From an uncultured cyanobacterium (GTDB taxonomy: Bacteria > Cyanobacteriota > Cyanobacteriia > Pseudanabaenales > Pseudanabaenaceae), in the NCBI GenBank assembly GCA_963703315.1, contig OY969811.1, forward strand, positions 256,001 to 320,000: 64,000 bases of DNA, read 5' to 3'. The first letter of the stretch is position 1. Each line of letters starts with the position of its first letter. The notes beneath the pieces are model-generated. The model was not told where the DNA came from, made no database searches, and saw only the letters and a list, made by a program, of their open reading frames with translations. This document shows positions 20,049-30,904 of this stretch, piece after piece. The translations under genes and the position numbers were made by a program.

Positions 20049-21584
20049 ATGCCCTCATCTTTTATTTCTCTCGGTATTTCAGAAGCACGAGTTGCTAAGC
20101 TTGAAGCGATCGGCTTTACAGAGCCTACAGCTATTCAAGAGCAAGCAATTCCTCAACTACTCGCAGGAGCCGATGTACTCGGTCAAGCGCAGACTGGTAC
20201 TGGTAAAACTGCTGCCTTTGCGCTGCCAATTTTAGAGCGTTTAGATCTAAACGACGATTCTTTACAAGCGTTGATTTTGACCCCTACTCGCGAATTGGCG
20301 ATTCAAGTCGGACAAGCTCTACGCAGCTTTAATACCAAACCTGGCGCAAAAATTCTCACCGTATATGGTGGATCTGACATCAGTCGCCAAATGATTCAAT
20401 TGGAACGCGGTGTTCATGTCGTTGTCGGTACTCCCGGTCGTGTGATCGATTTGATGGAGCGCGGCAAGTTGAAACTAGACAAACTGGCTTGGTTTGTTTT
20501 AGACGAAGCTGATGAAATGCTCAATATGGGCTTCATTCAAGATGTCGAAAGAATTTTGATCACGACTCCTGCTACTAAGCAAAGCACCTTTTTCTCCGCA
20601 ACGATGCCTCCTGCGGTGAAGCGTTTGGTGAAGAACTTCTTGAAATCTCCTGTAACCGTCAAGGTCGAGACTCAAGATTCCACACCTACTCGCATTGATC
20701 AACAGATTTATCTAGTTCCTTATCACTTGACTAAGGAAGAAGCACTATTGCCCGTTTTGGAATTTGAAGCTCCAACTTCGGCAATTATCTTTGTGCGTAC
20801 TAAGGATTCGGCAAGCCGCCTCACGGAAATTCTGCAATCCTCTGGTCATAGTGTCGATGAGTATCACGGTAATCTTTCGCAGTCTCAACGCGAAAATCTA
20901 TTACGCCGTTTCCGTAATCAACAAGTACGTTGGGTTGTGGCGACTGACATTGCGGCGCGTGGTCTTGATATTGATGGTTTGACTCATGTGTTCAACCTCG
21001 ATATTCCTGATGATCCTGAGCGCTATGTTCACCGTATCGGACGCACTGGACGTGCTGGTAAGAAGGGAATTGCAATTACCTTGATTTCTGGAAAAGAGCG
21101 CTACAAGTTGCGCCAATTGGAACAACAAGTTGGTATGCCTCTTCCTCCGCAGCCTTTGCCTAATGTGGCTCAGATTCAAGAGCGTCGTATCGGTCGCTTT
21201 ACTGAACAAATTCTCGAAGCCTTGGCAGGTGAGCGTTTAGCTTCGTTCTTACCTTTGGTATCGCAGTTGGTTGAGGATTATGATCCTCAAGCGATCGCCG
21301 CCGCCGCTTTACAACTTGCTTATACTCAATTGCAATCTGAGAAAGCTGAACAAGCTGCACTACAAGTGTTGGCAAAACAACCTCACAGTCCTTCTGGTGG
21401 ACGCGATCGCGGCGATCGCGATGGTGGTTCCTACAACAGTGGTAGACCGATCAAGCGTGGTCAAAGCGGCTATCGCGGTGATGGCGGCGGTCGTTCAGGC
21501 GGTGGACGTGAGGGCGGATACGATTCCCGTCGTCCTACTCGTTCTGGCGATCGCGATCGCTCTTCGGCTCCTGTTAAGTACTAG
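20049..21584 (+). CDS. crhR: DEAD-box RNA helicase (CrhR-like)
   Basis: Q motif PTAIQ, AQTGTGKT, PTRELA, DEAD, SAT, ARGLD, HRIGRTGRAG, RGG-rich tail; start moved to ATG 20049. Confidence 0.9.
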   Translation: MPSSFISLGISEARVAKLEAIGFTEPTAIQEQAIPQLLAGADVLGQAQTGTGKTAAFALPILERLDLNDDSLQALILTPTRELAIQVGQALRSFNTKPGAKILTVYGGSDISRQMIQLERGVHVVVGTPGRVIDLMERGKLKLDKLAWFVLDEADEMLNMGFIQDVERILITTPATKQSTFFSATMPPAVKRLVKNFLKSPVTVKVETQDSTPTRIDQQIYLVPYHLTKEEALLPVLEFEAPTSAIIFVRTKDSASRLTEILQSSGHSVDEYHGNLSQSQRENLLRRFRNQQVRWVVATDIAARGLDIDGLTHVFNLDIPDDPERYVHRIGRTGRAGKKGIAITLISGKERYKLRQLEQQVGMPLPPQPLPNVAQIQERRIGRFTEQILEALAGERLASFLPLVSQLVEDYDPQAIAAAALQLAYTQLQSEKAEQAALQVLAKQPHSPSGGRDRGDRDGGSYNSGRPIKRGQSGYRGDGGGRSGGGREGGYDSRRPTRSGDRDRSSAPVKY

Positions 21585-21792
21585 AAATCAAATAGAAGTA
21601 TTGCAAAGCAATGCTTCTATTTGGGAATCCAGTTCACCCGATCGCTTGATACCTCTAGTCTAAAATTTAAGAGATAATCTTACATAAGTAATCGCAGCCC
21701 AAGCTATTTACGAAATGTTCTTTTTATAAGAACGTTTTGTAAATGGCTTGGGTTCTCTACTTTATTGGTCATTTATTGGTCACATTAGGATC

Positions 21793-23055
21793 ATGCAGTC
21801 CTTAACTACTTTTTACAATCTTGATACACACCTCCGCAAAAATCTGACTGCGATTTTCTGGACTGGTTTATTTTTCTGGTCGAGCATGGCATCACAGTTG
21901 CCAACAATCCCTCTCTATATCCGCACTTTAACGCAGTCTTTCGACGAGATCGGCATAGTGATGGGTTCTTTTGCAATTGGCTTACTTGTTTGTCGTTCCT
22001 ATTTAGGTAGACTAGCGGATCGCAAAGGTAGACGATACACAATGAGAATTGGACTGATTGTTGCGGCGATCGTGCCGTTATGCTATGCCGCATTACCATC
22101 TATCCCTCTATTAATATTATTTCGCGCGATTCATGGAATTAGCATTGCTGCTTTTGCGGCAAGTTATAGTGCCTTAATTGCTGATCTTGCACCAGTTGAG
22201 AAACGTGGTGAAGTAATTGGCTATATGAGCTTAGTCAATCCTTTAGGCTTAGCTTTCGGTCCTGCGATTGGTGGTTTGATGTATGAAGCTTGGGGTTATC
22301 AACCGTTATTTGTATCGGCATCCTTGCTTGCTTTTGCGGGATTATTGCTGACTACACAGATTGAAACAGAAGGAAATATAGGCGATCGTCAAGCTTCTTC
22401 AAAAAATGCGGTAAAGCTAGGGTTTTGGAAAACTTTTCTGAACCCTAGAGTCAGAGTTCCTTCAACAATTCTATTGCTAGTGGGACTTTCCTTTGGAACA
22501 CTTAGCTCCTTTATGCCCTTGTTGATGCAGCAAAAGCATATTGCCCTAAATGCTGGTTTGTTCTATATGGCAGCCGCATTATCTGGATTTATTATTCGTT
22601 TCCCTGTGGCAAGACTCAGTGATGAATGGGGACGCGGTATTTTTATTTCAATGGGAACTTTCTTTTATGGATTGTCGATGGCAATCATTTATTTTGCAAA
22701 CCATGACTACGAGTTCTTGCTGTCAGGAATTGCGGAAGGTATTGGCTCAGGAATTGTCATTCCTGCGGTAGTGGCATTGCTTGCCGATCGCACTGTTCCT
22801 CAAGAGCGCGGCTATGTATTTGGGATGACGTGGATTGGCTTTGATGTGGGGATCGCGCTCGCGGGTCCAATTATGGGCAAGATGATTGGCTTGGTGGGAA
22901 TTACCAATATTTTTGCGATCGCTACAGGGCTTTGTATTTTAGGAATAGTTATTTTTGGTACGCAGTCTAACAAAAGTGTCTCTGCATCTTTTAAATTTGC
23001 ATTAGGGAAAACTAGCGATCGTTACGCTATTAATCCCGCGATTATTCATGCCTAA
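21793..23055 (+). CDS. MFS transporter
   Basis: About 12 TM segments; GRLADRKGRR motif A. Confidence 0.9.
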   Translation: MQSLTTFYNLDTHLRKNLTAIFWTGLFFWSSMASQLPTIPLYIRTLTQSFDEIGIVMGSFAIGLLVCRSYLGRLADRKGRRYTMRIGLIVAAIVPLCYAALPSIPLLILFRAIHGISIAAFAASYSALIADLAPVEKRGEVIGYMSLVNPLGLAFGPAIGGLMYEAWGYQPLFVSASLLAFAGLLLTTQIETEGNIGDRQASSKNAVKLGFWKTFLNPRVRVPSTILLLVGLSFGTLSSFMPLLMQQKHIALNAGLFYMAAALSGFIIRFPVARLSDEWGRGIFISMGTFFYGLSMAIIYFANHDYEFLLSGIAEGIGSGIVIPAVVALLADRTVPQERGYVFGMTWIGFDVGIALAGPIMGKMIGLVGITNIFAIATGLCILGIVIFGTQSNKSVSASFKFALGKTSDRYAINPAIIHA

Positions 23056-23096
23056 ATAAAAAGGGAAATGCTTTGCATTTCCCTTTTTATTTAGGT

Positions 23097-24581
<1,485 letters not shown>

Positions 24582-24693
24582 CTTGAGATCATAGCATTGT
24601 CAAGCTAGTGCTTATAGGTAGAGATAAGCTGGGCTATAAAAATTAATTATTACAATAGGATTGGAGGTGCTTTGCGTCTCCAATCCTATTGGT

Positions 24694-25269
24694 TTAAGTG
24701 AAATCAATATTGTCGTAAAGATCGGCTATGTGAATTTGCAAATCTACAAACTTTAGAGAAATTGTTACTGAAGGGTCATCATATTCCGAAAATAGCCATT
24801 GATTTACCGCCGTTTTCGCATGATGCTCAACATGAACACGATACTGATCAATTAATAAATATTCTTGAAAAGCATCAATAGTGCGATAAGAAGCAAACTT
24901 TTCACTGCGATCGTAGTTTTGAGTTGATTTAGACAATACTTCCGCAATGAAGCAAGGATTAGTAATCGTATCTTTACGACGATCTTGCATTTCTAAAGGT
25001 TTAGGCGCAACCATCACATCAGGGTAAGTATGTATTTGGACACTAGGAATCCAAAGTCTCTGATCAGCAGAAAATAGACGAAAAGGTTTACCCCGTAAGC
25101 CAACTTTGATGATTGACAATAAATTTACAGCGATTTCTGTATGATTGGGTGTGCCGCCAGTCATTGGGATAATTTCTCCATTACGGTATTCGTTACGAAT
25201 TTCCGACACTATTTCTAGCTCTAGGTATTCGTCAACGCTGTAAGTTTTTTTTGCAAGTTGAGTAACCAT
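24694..25269 (-). CDS. Uma2 (DUF820) family endonuclease-like protein
   Basis: EYRNGEIIPMTGG...YPDVMV...IAEVLSKST..YDR..KF..YR. Confidence 0.9.
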   Translation of the reverse strand: MVTQLAKKTYSVDEYLELEIVSEIRNEYRNGEIIPMTGGTPNHTEIAVNLLSIIKVGLRGKPFRLFSADQRLWIPSVQIHTYPDVMVAPKPLEMQDRRKDTITNPCFIAEVLSKSTQNYDRSEKFASYRTIDAFQEYLLIDQYRVHVEHHAKTAVNQWLFSEYDDPSVTISLKFVDLQIHIADLYDNIDFT

Positions 25270-25275
25270 GATGTT

Positions 25276-25788
25276 TTACCTGCGATCGCGTCCTGATGAA
25301 ATTTGTTTAAAGTAAGGCTTAGTGGATCTGAGGCATTCTTGCAATTCTGGCGATCGCTCTGTGCTGACATCACCATCTCGTTTATAGACCGATCCCTCAC
25401 GCACAAAGCGCCCCACCAATTTTCCGAAGGTAATCTGCTCTCTTTTGGCAGCATATTGCTGAATGGCAAGATTATTTACGCCTTGCAATGTATAGACTTC
25501 GTAATCAATGCCTGTCTGATAGCGAGGAATCTTGAGCTTGAGAGAAGCAATCATTGCGCCATTAGGGGAGGAGCCACTATAACAATAGCGATCACCGTCA
25601 TCTATAAGATTAGGATTAAGACTTGGCTGAGGATTAGTTTTGGGATTAGCCTGTTTAAAAATACTGATATAACGTGAACCACCACCCCAATAGATACCTT
25701 CTTCGAGAGCTTGGGCGGAGTTGACTGCAATAAAGTTAGGACTAAAAATAAGGGCGATCGCAGCTATACCGTACAAAAAAGTTTTCAT
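25276..25788 (-). CDS. Hypothetical exported protein
   Basis: Signal-peptide-like start MKTFLYG...AQA; no recognised domain. Confidence 0.6.
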   Translation of the reverse strand: MKTFLYGIAAIALIFSPNFIAVNSAQALEEGIYWGGGSRYISIFKQANPKTNPQPSLNPNLIDDGDRYCYSGSSPNGAMIASLKLKIPRYQTGIDYEVYTLQGVNNLAIQQYAAKREQITFGKLVGRFVREGSVYKRDGDVSTERSPELQECLRSTKPYFKQISSGRDRR

Positions 25789-25848
25789 ATTTTTATTAAG
25801 AGGGCTATTCAAATAAACATCTATAGGCGGCGCTTTGCGCCACCCGTG

Positions 25849-26460
25849 CTATTCAAAAATCTGAGATATTAGACAGGAAAACTCTGGCAAAAGTGGCGAT
25901 GTGAGAGTATCAGTTGCAAATAAAGTCATCGCTAATTTGAGAACACCATTTTCGCGGCGATAAACTTGAATTTGCTTGGCTCTCCAATCTGCAATCCAAT
26001 ATTCCAATACGCCCCTTGATGAATAAAGTTTAAGTTTTACTTCGCGATCGCGCCTTTCATTATCAGTTCCTGCCGATAGCACTTCGATCACTAGTTCAGG
26101 TGCACCACGAAAATGTCCCGTGTCATCGATTAAATCTGCATATTTCTCTTTACTCATCCAGATCACATCAGGAATGACATCATCATTGTCACCAAAGATT
26201 AATCCTGCCCCAATTACCGCATATCCTAATCCCGATACTTTTGACCAATTTTTCAGCTCATAATGAAAATTTCCACAGGTATCTTGATGTTTGTTATGGG
26301 GCGCTCTGGTCACAAAAAGTTCTCCATTAATAATTTCATAACGGTTGCCGTTTTCGGGCATGAGTTCTAGGTCAGCACTAGTCCAAAGAAGTTGTTCTTC
26401 TGGTTTAGAAATAGATGCTTCCGTGACGATTTCAGGGGTAGCAACGATCGCTTGAGTCAT
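25849..26460 (-). CDS. Uma2 (DUF820) family endonuclease-like protein
   Basis: RYEIINGEL, IPDVIW, PELVIEVLS, K..LY...GV.EYWI.D. Confidence 0.9.
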   Translation of the reverse strand: MTQAIVATPEIVTEASISKPEEQLLWTSADLELMPENGNRYEIINGELFVTRAPHNKHQDTCGNFHYELKNWSKVSGLGYAVIGAGLIFGDNDDVIPDVIWMSKEKYADLIDDTGHFRGAPELVIEVLSAGTDNERRDREVKLKLYSSRGVLEYWIADWRAKQIQVYRRENGVLKLAMTLFATDTLTSPLLPEFSCLISQIFE

Positions 26461-26509
26461 GATGGAGTCCTACGATGAGCGATATTGTAGATAGTATAGC
26501 AATTCGTCA

Positions 26510-26640
26510 GAATCACAGATTAGAAGGATTATGGGATTGCACAGATTTTAATTTTTCGTAATCCATAGACTCATCCGCAGTACATAGCGCTGTAAAATCT
26601 GCTAATCTGCGAAATCCTTCAATCCATATAATCCGTGATC
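26510..26640. repeat. Imperfect inverted repeat built from 9-bp-periodic GGATT/AATCC units
   Basis: Left arm aatcacagattagaaggattatgggattgcacagatt; right arm aatctgcgaaatccttcaatccatataatccgtgatc. Confidence 0.65.
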
Positions 26641-27207
26641 ATGATTAGTTTAGTAACAGGTGCAACTCGCTCTGGCAAAAGTGAATGGGCAGAACATCTA
26701 GCAATGCGATCGCAAAAAAATGTCATCTATATCGCCACAGCAACTCGTTATCCCGATGATGCCGAATGGGAAGCCCGTTTACAAAAACATAGCGATCGCC
26801 GTCCTGAAAGTTGGCAAACGTTGGAAGTTCCAATTGAATTATCGAAAAATATTTTAGAGATTAAGAGTGATTCCGCTTATATTCTGGTAGATTCTCTTGG
26901 TACTTGGTTAGCGAATCTTTTAGAGGAGAGTGAAGAGTCTTGGATGCAGATTGAGAATGAATTATTAGAAGCAATTCAAGTATGTGCGGTCGATATTACG
27001 TTTGTGTCTGAAGAAGTGGGCTGGGGACTTGTTCCAGAATATAAATTAGGCAGAATATTTCGCGATCGCCTTGGTGGTCTGAGTCGTAAAATTGGGGCGA
27101 TCGCGGATGCTGTCTATCTAGTTACTGGTGGATATGCCGTTAATCTCACGCAAATTGGGGAAAAACTGCCCTACAGCCCAAAACCTGATAAGGAACTCGC
27201 AATTTAG
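26641..27207 (+). CDS. cobU: Adenosylcobinamide kinase / adenosylcobinamide-phosphate guanylyltransferase
   Basis: LVTGATRSGKSEWAE, YIATA, H...RP..W, DSLGTW, SEEVGWG.VP, FRD.LG. Confidence 0.93.
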   Translation: MISLVTGATRSGKSEWAEHLAMRSQKNVIYIATATRYPDDAEWEARLQKHSDRRPESWQTLEVPIELSKNILEIKSDSAYILVDSLGTWLANLLEESEESWMQIENELLEAIQVCAVDITFVSEEVGWGLVPEYKLGRIFRDRLGGLSRKIGAIADAVYLVTGGYAVNLTQIGEKLPYSPKPDKELAI

Positions 27208-27253
27208 TTTTTTGGCGGTGCGGCGAAGCCGCACCGCCAAAAAACTAAATTGC
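27199..27253. terminator. Perfect 26-bp-arm hairpin with GC-GAA-GC loop between convergent genes
   Basis: gcaatttagttttttggcggtgcggc-gaa-gccgcaccgccaaaaaactaaattgc. Confidence 0.8.
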
Positions 27254-27257
27254 ACCG

Positions 27258-27635
27258 CTATTTTTTTGAATCAGTATAAGCTCGCCAACCACCATGAGCA
27301 GTAATTTCTACCTGTCCTTCACATAGAAATGGCTCACCTAAAACCCCTAAAACTTCCTGTCCATTAGCTAAAACAATTTTGCCAATACATAACCCAGCAG
27401 GTTCAGACAATAAAATTTCACCAAGGGCGGCGGGAGTGATTGACCAAATTTCTAAGGCGATCTCCTGTCCATTTTCAGAAACTCGTAACATAGCAGGATG
27501 ACGATCCGCGATCGACCACAGCCGATACATTGGCGCAGTTATATCTTCCCGAACAAATAGCGCTCCCACTTTTTGCAAATTACCATTTAACTCTAGTCCT
27601 CGCATTAAAGTACCGTTAACTGCAAAATCAATCAT
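27258..27635 (-). CDS. Stand-alone allophanate hydrolase C-terminal / gamma-glutamylcyclotransferase-like protein
   Basis: AVNGTLMRGLELN..L, T.P.YRLW, EP.GL.IG...L..G..V.G.L.E, IT.HGGWRAY. Confidence 0.8.
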   Translation of the reverse strand: MIDFAVNGTLMRGLELNGNLQKVGALFVREDITAPMYRLWSIADRHPAMLRVSENGQEIALEIWSITPAALGEILLSEPAGLCIGKIVLANGQEVLGVLGEPFLCEGQVEITAHGGWRAYTDSKK

Positions 27636-27688
27636 TTATGACTGCTCCCTTCATGTTCTGTTCACAATATTGCACAAAATTAGGCTAA

Positions 27689-27765
27689 ATCCTAAAACCT
27701 GTGGCGCACGCGCAGCGTGCGCCACAGGTTTTAAATCTGGTTTCTAATTGTGTCGAGGTACTTAG
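27689..27765. repeat. Hairpin-containing repeat; inverted partial copy of 59111-59216
   Basis: taaaacctgtggcgcacgc-gca-gcgtgcgccacaggtttta plus flank ...ctaattgtgtcgaggtacttag. Confidence 0.8.
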
Positions 27766-27940
27766 TGAGAAATGTCAATGCGACAAATATCTATGTCTTG
27801 GAGGAGAAAATTTGCAGTAAGATAGACTGCTAGCCAAAATGTAAGCCAGTGTGAAATTGGTAATTGTAGGCGATCGCTATATTTTTATTAATTGCAAGTC
27901 AACATAATTAAGGCATATCAGTTTGTTAGGAGTAACCACC

Positions 27941-28498
27941 TTGGAAGTAGATCAGCTATTAGAACTATACAAGCATGGACAGCGTAACTTTTCTAATGTA
28001 GATCTTAGTAACGCTCAATTACGCAGTGTCGTCTTAATTGGTATTGATTTACGTGGCTCTACTTTGAACAAAGCTGATCTGAGTAGTGCTAATTTAATTG
28101 ATGCTAATTTAACAGGGGCGAATTTGATTGAGTCAAATCTTAGGGGTGCTTTGTTAAGAGGGGCAAATTTCTCGGATGCCGATTTAAGTTGGGCAAATTT
28201 AACTTGGTCAAATTCCTCTAACAGTAAATTTACTCGTTCTAATCTGAGTGTCACCAATTTCAGTGGTGCAAATTTGATTGAGGCAGATTTTACAGGAGCC
28301 GTTATGAAGGGTTCTAATCTGCGTGGTACAAATCTACGGGGTGCGATTTTCCAGAATTTACGCACTTGTGCTGACACAGAATTTTCGGGTGTGCGGAATT
28401 TAGATGAGCGCACTCGTCTATATCTTTGTACTCTCGCGAGTGGTACTCATCCCTTTACCAAAAATGACAGCCGCCAAACCTTAGGCTGCCCGATTTAA
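27941..28498 (+). CDS. Pentapeptide-repeat protein
   Basis: LLELY..GQRNF start followed by A(D/N)LXX repeats; TTG start placed 8 nt after AGGAG. Confidence 0.88.
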   Translation: MEVDQLLELYKHGQRNFSNVDLSNAQLRSVVLIGIDLRGSTLNKADLSSANLIDANLTGANLIESNLRGALLRGANFSDADLSWANLTWSNSSNSKFTRSNLSVTNFSGANLIEADFTGAVMKGSNLRGTNLRGAIFQNLRTCADTEFSGVRNLDERTRLYLCTLASGTHPFTKNDSRQTLGCPI

Positions 28499-28541
28499 TA
28501 AATTTCTTGTAGCACTGCTTCGCTGCGCTACAAGAAATTTA

Positions 28542-29138
28542 TTAAGGTTCCTCTGTAACTTGCAGCAAATATGGAAAAGAGGCGTTTTCTTCGTAGGAAC
28601 CGACCCATACTTCATAGGTTCCTTCTAGCCAGTCGCCACTGATCTCTGGGTTGCGATCGCTAACATCATCACTACACCAACTGCCTCCAGGTCCCCGCAC
28701 TAGGAGAATCGTATCGCCAGAACTTTTAACTTGTAGTTTTAAAAATCGAAATGCTTTGGTGAGTGTGATTTTGTGATCAGGGACGGCATCTACAAAACCA
28801 ATACATTCGCCTGTTTCTGTAACCTTACGTTTTGAGTTTGTCTGAGTTTCGACACCACCACCACTAATTCCCCTGAGTTCAAGTACTTTTGGTGCAAAGT
28901 TAGGCGCGATCGCGATATCTTCAAACATTTTCACAACACTAGCTTTTTTACCCGAAGAAATTTCTGGTTTCTCTAGTGTTGCTGGCTGTGTGGTAGGGCG
29001 CTCAATTTCTATAGTCGTGGTTTTACCTTGCGGAGTTTTACCTTGCGTGGTTTGCGATCGCACGGGTATAGCCACAGCTAACATCGTGGTGGTCATAGCT
29101 GCAAGGGTAATTAGCGATCGCGCGGCAAATTTTCTCAT
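28542..29138 (-). CDS. Conserved exported protein with a PPC-like beta domain
   Basis: Signal peptide; C.GFVD..PDH, GDT.L.V.GPGG.WC.DD, G.W..G.Y.VWVGS. Confidence 0.75.
   Translation of the reverse strand: MRKFAARSLITLAAMTTTMLAVAIPVRSQTTQGKTPQGKTTTIEIERPTTQPATLEKPEISSGKKASVVKMFEDIAIAPNFAPKVLELRGISGGGVETQTNSKRKVTETGECIGFVDAVPDHKITLTKAFRFLKLQVKSSGDTILLVRGPGGSWCSDDVSDRNPEISGDWLEGTYEVWVGSYEENASFPYLLQVTEEP
29088..29121 (+). repeat. Direct repeat copy 1 (34 bp, ends in HIP1), inside the 5' end of the 28542-29138 gene
   Basis: ggtggtcatagctgcaagggtaattagcgatcgc; 30/34 identical to 30358-30391. Confidence 0.85.
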
Positions 29139-29191
29139 GACACAAATATATTGGCTCTAAGACATAAATTTTAGCATTCTGTCCCAAAAAA

Positions 29192-29839
29192 CTATTCGCT
29201 TTCAGGCTCTGCTTCGTAAATTGGTTGATATAAGTTGAGTCGATCTCTAATATCTTTGGCTAATTGATCGAAAGTTATACAAATCACCTTTCGAGAATCA
29301 ACTACAACTTTATTCAAACGCCACTTCAATCTGCTTTTATCAAGTTCTGTCAAGAACTTATCTCTGCCAATAACGATAATTCCGTAGATTTCTATATTAC
29401 TGTTACCAAAAATGTTTCGTGCCGAATCAGTGTTTTTAAGATCATCAATTTTCCAAAACCAATCAACAATTTGGCTAAAACCATGTTCAAATCTTGGCGA
29501 CCATTCTGATGTGCTTTTTCCTTTTTTGCTTGTAAAAATACTGCTTTTAGTGGCATCCTCAAATTCGATAAAGCAATAAGTATGATGTGTAGAATCTCCA
29601 ACAATTAAATCTGCACGAAAATCGCCAAAAAATGAAAACTCATGCTTAATACGATCAAATGTGATCATGCTGGGAGCGTAATAGGCAATGAATGCTGACA
29701 GATGCAATCTTGACTTAAAAAATGGCAATATGTCTTTAGTTTCAGATAGTTCTTCCTTTGCAATGAGTAAATCTTCAAACTCTTGAAGTTCAGCAAAACA
29801 CTGACTAATATCTAATTTAAATGAATCTATTTTTGTCAT
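29192..29839 (-). CDS. Shedu (SduA/DUF4263)-like PD-(D/E)XK nuclease, nuclease domain only
   Basis: E...ILPFF, EFSFFGDFRADL, FIEFEDA...IF, GFSQIVDW, IIVIGR, ITFDQL. Confidence 0.78.
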   Translation of the reverse strand: MTKIDSFKLDISQCFAELQEFEDLLIAKEELSETKDILPFFKSRLHLSAFIAYYAPSMITFDRIKHEFSFFGDFRADLIVGDSTHHTYCFIEFEDATKSSIFTSKKGKSTSEWSPRFEHGFSQIVDWFWKIDDLKNTDSARNIFGNSNIEIYGIIVIGRDKFLTELDKSRLKWRLNKVVVDSRKVICITFDQLAKDIRDRLNLYQPIYEAEPESE

Positions 29840-30162
29840 TAATGATTTTTTGAATCCCCAAACAGAAATTCAAGACGACTACGACTAACTACATCCACAA
29901 TAGTGATCTCTCTATCTTGTGATTTGAACACAATTCGATAATCACCTATTCCTCTAGCGACAAAATGGTTGGGGACAGAAGGATTAAGTTTATAGATCTT
30001 AGCTTTGGTGCAAACAGGGAAATCTTCTAAGCATTTGACTGTATTGATGATTTGCTCTTTATCTTTACTTGGCAAAAAGTCAATGGCAATTCGAGCCTTA
30101 TCCAGAAAGATAATACGATTTTTCTGAGATTGGGGATTATTGATTTTAAGACTTGAGTTCAT
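29839..30162 (-). CDS. RelE/ParE-fold protein
   Basis: IIFLDKARIAIDFLPSKDKEQI...L..FP....KL.......ARGIGDYRIVF...ITIVDVVSR; stop overlaps the Shedu start (TAATG). Confidence 0.65.
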   Translation of the reverse strand: MNSSLKINNPQSQKNRIIFLDKARIAIDFLPSKDKEQIINTVKCLEDFPVCTKAKIYKLNPSVPNHFVARGIGDYRIVFKSQDREITIVDVVSRSRLEFLFGDSKNH

Positions 30163-30357
30163 GCAATCATTGCTTCTTTGAGCAATTTTGGAGCCATGCT
30201 CTTAATATCATACTGCGATCGCTAGTCTATGCCATGTTGAAGTGACAGTTAGGATCAGGGGGGCGAGATCGCTGATCTAGAAAGTATAGTTTTGTTTACG
30301 CTTGGGTATAAAACATGAATTTAAGTGGATTGGGAGATCGCCTTCGTGTTATATCAA

Positions 30358-30391
30358 GGCGGTCATAGCTGTAAGGGTAATTAGAGTTCGC
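30358..30391 (+). repeat. Direct repeat copy 2 (HIP1 eroded)
   Basis: ggcggtcatagctgtaagggtaattagagttcgc. Confidence 0.85.
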
Positions 30392-30904
30392 AGTATATAA
30401 AACTGAAATATTAAGCCTATTGAAGGTTCCCTGCGAGAAACAACCGTTGTATTTTCGTGTGATCTTTGTGGCGCATTATTAATTCAGACATGACTGAATG
30501 CAGATAACAGCAATGATTTACCCACAAAACCAACGCGATTTCGTGTTGGTTTTGTGGCAGTATTACAAAAAAGTGTGGTAGTATTACTACATTAGTAAAA
30601 AAGCAAGCAGATTTTTACATCTACCTGCCTTTATCGGTTTTCTATACCAGAATAATATTTACACTCTTAATGTAAATATTATTGCAATTGATAAAAGAAA
30701 ACCATCATGTCCATCTATATGTCCAATTAGAACAGCTAGAAGTGTCAAAAGCAAAACCAAACTTCTCTCATTCATAAGAGCTAATCTCCTTTATATATTA
30801 GCCCCATCTTTTGTATTCTCAGGGGCTGTTTGAGAATTGCAAAACAAACCGACTGAAGCCGAGAACTTCTTTCGGTCTTTTTTGCTGTAAGTATCTTAGC
30901 ATAT

